In this document: piece by piece, positions 16,769 to 16,819 of the stretch | Layout: the number at the start of each line of letters is the position of its first letter | Position numbering within the stretch: position 1 is the first letter of the stretch | NCBI GenBank assembly: GCA_964426185.1 | Contig: CAYRPF010000020.1 | Span: 1-16,819, forward strand | From: an uncultured archaeon | Lineage (GTDB): Archaea; Asgardarchaeota; Lokiarchaeia; Sigyniarchaeales; Promethearchaeaceae | Length of the DNA: 16,819 bases | Direction of reading: 5' to 3' | The notes under the pieces: model-generated | The model's database searches: none | The model's input: only the letters and a program-made list of their open reading frames with translations | What the model was told of the DNA's origin: nothing | Made by a program: the position numbers and the translations under genes

Positions 16769-16819
16769 GATAAATTAAAGTAGTACTTACTTACCAAAAT
16801 ATATTCCGAATTATCTAAG

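Overview
AT-rich (roughly 30% GC by eye), densely coding archaeal window, most likely from an Asgard archaeon (Lokiarchaeia/Promethearchaeum-like). That assignment is inferred from the proteins, not from a search. It holds 12 credible CDSs and an intron-less tRNA-Ala(GGC). Housekeeping or bacterial-type genes: a RapA-like SNF2 helicase, a DUF4392/D-glutamate cyclase-like protein, a PadR regulator with a tandem 2TM membrane protein, an Fpg/MutM glycosylase and a tRNA-dihydrouridine synthase. Several proteins resemble eukaryotic signature proteins: (i) a longin-like/Rag-type GTPase/roadblock fusion; (ii) a TPR protein ending in a domain resembling the folliculin (FLCN)/SMCR8 longin, with an Arg near the arginine-finger position; (iii) a longin plus tandem winged-helix protein with an NPRL2/NPRL3-like layout; (iv) a soluble acidic protein resembling the adaptin mu-homology domain. 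Together (i)-(iii) suggest a possible ancestral Rag GTPase/GAP module. All domain calls are by-eye motif recognition, and the eukaryotic comparison sequences are recalled from memory.
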